Of a stretch of DNA of 64,000 nt, positions 61,163 through 64,000 are shown one piece after another. The DNA comes from Hyaloraphidium curvatum SAG 235-1 (Eukaryota; Fungi; Monoblepharomycota): assembly GCA_025558095.1 (NCBI GenBank), contig JAIVFI010000007.1:248001-312000 (forward strand), read 5' to 3'. The position numbers and the translations under genes were made by a program. The notes below the pieces were generated by a model, which did no database searches, was not told the origin of the DNA, and worked only from the letters and a program-made list of their open reading frames with translations. The number at the start of each line of letters is the position of its first letter. The stretch's first letter is position 1.

Positions 61163-62406
61163 TTACAGAACTTCCAGCGGTTCCCGCCTGCAGGGCGCGA
61201 GGCTCAAGTCAGATCCAGCCAACGTCCATGCCGAATTGGCCACTCACAGTTGAGGCACGTCACGAAGGTGGTCATCGGCTCGTCCGCCGACCGCGTCTGC
61301 ATCTGGTAGTACTTTGTTCTCCGTTGCTTGCACTTGCCGCACTTGAACATGTCCGTCTCGGCAGAGTTGTCAGCGTGGATCTGGGCGTCCAGGAGGTTCT
61401 GCTTCTGGATCTTCTCCCATTCCTTCTTCAGGTCGTCCGAAGCCATGTCCTGAATTCAATCGGTCGGTCGCTTAAGCTTCTGCGGCTTTGGCGGCGCCGG
61501 ATCTCGGCCTACCGCGGTCGTCATCTTGCAAAAGTCGGCGACCGGCAGCTTCCCCGTCACGACATTCTCCCGCAGCCCCGGGTTGTCCTTGGCCTTCAGG
61601 TTGAACACCAACGATCGCACGCGGTCCTTGTACTTCTTGTTGTCCGGATCCTTGTTCCCGTACTCTTCCCACGTCTGCTGCTCGACCGAGGTCGCCACCT
61701 TGCCCACCAGCTCGGGGTTCACCCAGGTAACGTAGGAGAGCGCGGTGTATATCATTTCGGAGCACTTGTCCCTCGAAGTATGGCCGGTCCGCGGCAGGGA
61801 CACCCCGTCCTCAGCAGGCGTACGTCCCTCTCGCCGTTCCGTGAGCGGCGTCTCGGCGCTCTTGAGGCCGCCGCCGGACGACTGCGACCCCAGCTCGCTC
61901 TCGACCTTTGTCTCGACTGATTCAGCCGCCACTGAGCAATCTCTGCGGCACCGGCACGTCTCCACCCACTCTTGAGCTTCCCGTTCTCGACCTTCTCGTC
62001 CTTGACTTTTGCCTCCTTCTCCTCCTTCGGCTTCTTCTCATCCTTGGACCCAACGTCGTCCTTCCATTTCCGCACAATGTCCTTGCACCGCTCCGATATG
62101 GCCTCGTCCACGTCCGGGTTCTTCCGGAGCTTGTTCACAAAGGCCCCGATTTCCGTTTTCTGCGGCCCGGGGAGGCATTCGTGAACCGCGACGCGCTCTC
62201 CGACCGCTGATCCGGACCTTGAGCAGATCGGCCGTGGCCTTGACCTCGGCCAGCCTGTCCAGGCAATCCTTGACAAGCTACAGAAGGCACGTCCCGTCAG
62301 GCCGCGTGCGTCGGCCAGCCTCGGATCCTCCCACGTTCAGCTCCCCCGGGATGGCTTTCTCGATGTCCCGCTTGATCTGCTCGATGTCCTCCGGCGACAA
62401 TGCCAT
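61163..62406 (-). CDS. DST1: Transcription elongation factor TFIIS, multi-exon
   Basis: TEIGAFVNKLRK, YKDRVRSLVFNLK..NPGLRE, MASDDLK, FKCGKC..YYQMQTRSADEPMTTFVTC..CGNRWKFC*. Confidence 0.95.
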
Positions 62407-62484
62407 CGTGGACGCGTTCGGGAGGGCGGGAATGAAGGCAGCGGTCGGCGATCGGGGTCAACATCAAGACAACACATCCTCGCG

Positions 62485-64000
62485 ATGGACATTCTGCCCG
62501 AAGGAGATGCTGGAGGGGCCAATGACAGCGTGCGGGAGGAGCAGATTGTTCCCATGGATGCCGCAGCGGAGGACATTGCCGCGCTCGAGGTGCACGATGA
62601 ACAGATGGGAGGCCTAGAAGGGGCAGTTGGAGCACCGTTGCAACCCGGCCCACTTGAAGGCTCTTCGGACGAGAAGGCGGAGATAGCACGGTCTGAAGAG
62701 GGACACGTGGAGGTCAGCACCTCGGTTGAAGCCCCGATGGAAGCTGCTGCCGCGGGAACGGACGAGTTTGTCATCTCTTCTTCTACCCGAGTGGTCCTCG
62801 GCGCAGATGGTCTTGGCGGCGACGCTGGGGCCGAAGAAGGGTTCGTTTCGATAGCCGAGGACGACGAGGCGCCTGCTCCGTTGTTCGCTATCGACACGAC
62901 GAAGGAGGAGACAAATCTAGCTCTGTCGTACCGCAAAGCTTCCGAGGAGGACGATCTTGTCGTGCAGCCTGAGCGACAGGGAACAGCCGACGTGGCGGAA
63001 GAGCCGCCAGCGTCTCCCTCGAGGAGTTCCAGCAGCGACTCTAGCTCAGAGTCGGAGTCTGAATCGGCGGGAGGAGGCGAGCCCGAGACGATGCCGGATT
63101 CAGACTACGATTCGCAAGCGGAAAGCAGCGACGATGACGAACTGCTCCCGTCCATCCGCATGACTCTCGAGGAGCGGGAAAAGCTGCTGGTTGCCATGGA
63201 GTCTATGGAAGAGGACGACGATGGCAGCGGCAAGCCCGTTGTCGGAGTTCCGTTCACAAAGAACGAGCTGCTGGTCGGTTTCAATCAACGTTATCGGGCT
63301 CCTTCTGTGCCTAACCGTTTGCTTCCTAGGATCTGCCGCCGGTGGAGCCTCTTCCGATCAAGGAGGTGCCGCCAGACATGTCTCTGGAAGAGATCGGCGC
63401 CGTCCACTCGATCGTCAAGGAGGTCGTGATAGTTGAAGCAAAAGTGTCCGGGGATTACCAAGTTCTGGACATGGACAGCGTGCTCTGCTTCGAAGACCGC
63501 GAGATCCTCGGGAAGGTTAGCCAGGCCCCAGCTTTTGCTCCGATCGAGTTTACATTCTCGACGTACCCAGGTTTTCGACACTTTTGGCCCCGTTGCGCGT
63601 CCCATGTACATGATTCGCTTCAACAGCGTCGAAGATGTCGACCTGGAGAAGGTGGTGGTCGGGAAGCCCGTGTTCTACGCCGCCGACATGGCGCATTTCG
63701 TCTTCACCAAGGCTCTGAAGGCCCAGAAGGGGTCGGACGCTTCCAACAAGTTCGACGAGGAGCCCGACGAGGACGAGCGCGAGTTTTCGGACGACGAGGA
63801 GGAGGCGGAGTACCGGAGGCAGCAGAAGGCAAAGAAGCGCGGCGGCAGCGCGGGCTCGCACCTGCAAAGGGACGATCAAAGACCCGCCGTGGAGGACGAT
63901 GCCGAGGGCATGCTTTCGCGGGGTGATCGTGGCGGGCGAGGCAGAGGTCGCGGCGGCAGGGGACGTGGATTCAACCCCGACCGAGGAGGGCGCCCGATCG
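62485..64000 (+). CDS. NAF1: H/ACA RNP assembly factor Naf1 (partial, runs off window)
   Basis: Acidic N-terminus; LDMDSVLC, DTFGPVARPMY, KGSDASNKFDEE..EFSDDEEE, RGG-rich tail. Confidence 0.9.

Noticed and set aside
1-64000. Prokaryotic systems (operons, CRISPR, defence islands), tRNA/rRNA, transposons
   Set aside because: The sequence is intron-containing eukaryotic DNA; no repeat-spacer array, cloverleaf, rRNA-like tract, transposase/RT ORF or terminal repeats were seen

Overview
Gene-dense, GC-rich eukaryotic genomic DNA with short (~50-110 nt) spliceosomal introns and a fungal-type gene set. Propionyl-CoA carboxylase, ATG101 and a Pex7-binding PEX5 point to an early-diverging (chytrid/monoblepharid-like) fungus; this is an inference. 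About 35 protein-coding genes can be reconstructed by hand-splicing. Most are housekeeping: PCCB/PCCA, BET5, EFR3, IRE1, SHMT, RRP42, a cation-chloride cotransporter, ERO1, adrenodoxin, calcipressin, DPH4, ATG101, RPT2, PPIL2, MRX11, PEX5, TFIIS and NAF1. They are often arranged head-to-head with very short spacers. No tRNA, rRNA, CRISPR array or intact transposon was seen. The most notable items are: (1) a divergent PCCA-PCCB pair on a 264-bp shared promoter; (2) an ASX/DEUBAD protein with a RAMA-like C-terminal domain, a candidate 6mA reader linked to a deubiquitinase adaptor; (3) a bromodomain + duplicated-ankyrin protein carrying three ET-binding-like motifs; (4) several intron-containing bacterial-type genes (OsmC-like + double CMD pair, FAD oxidoreductase, serine beta-lactamase family, SDR, Cys-rich repeat gene); (5) a 7-nt microexon, an ATG-only exon and GC-AG introns; (6) a duplicated 81-bp element 3' of ERO1. 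Gene boundaries come from manual splicing, and family calls come from motif recognition rather than database searches.
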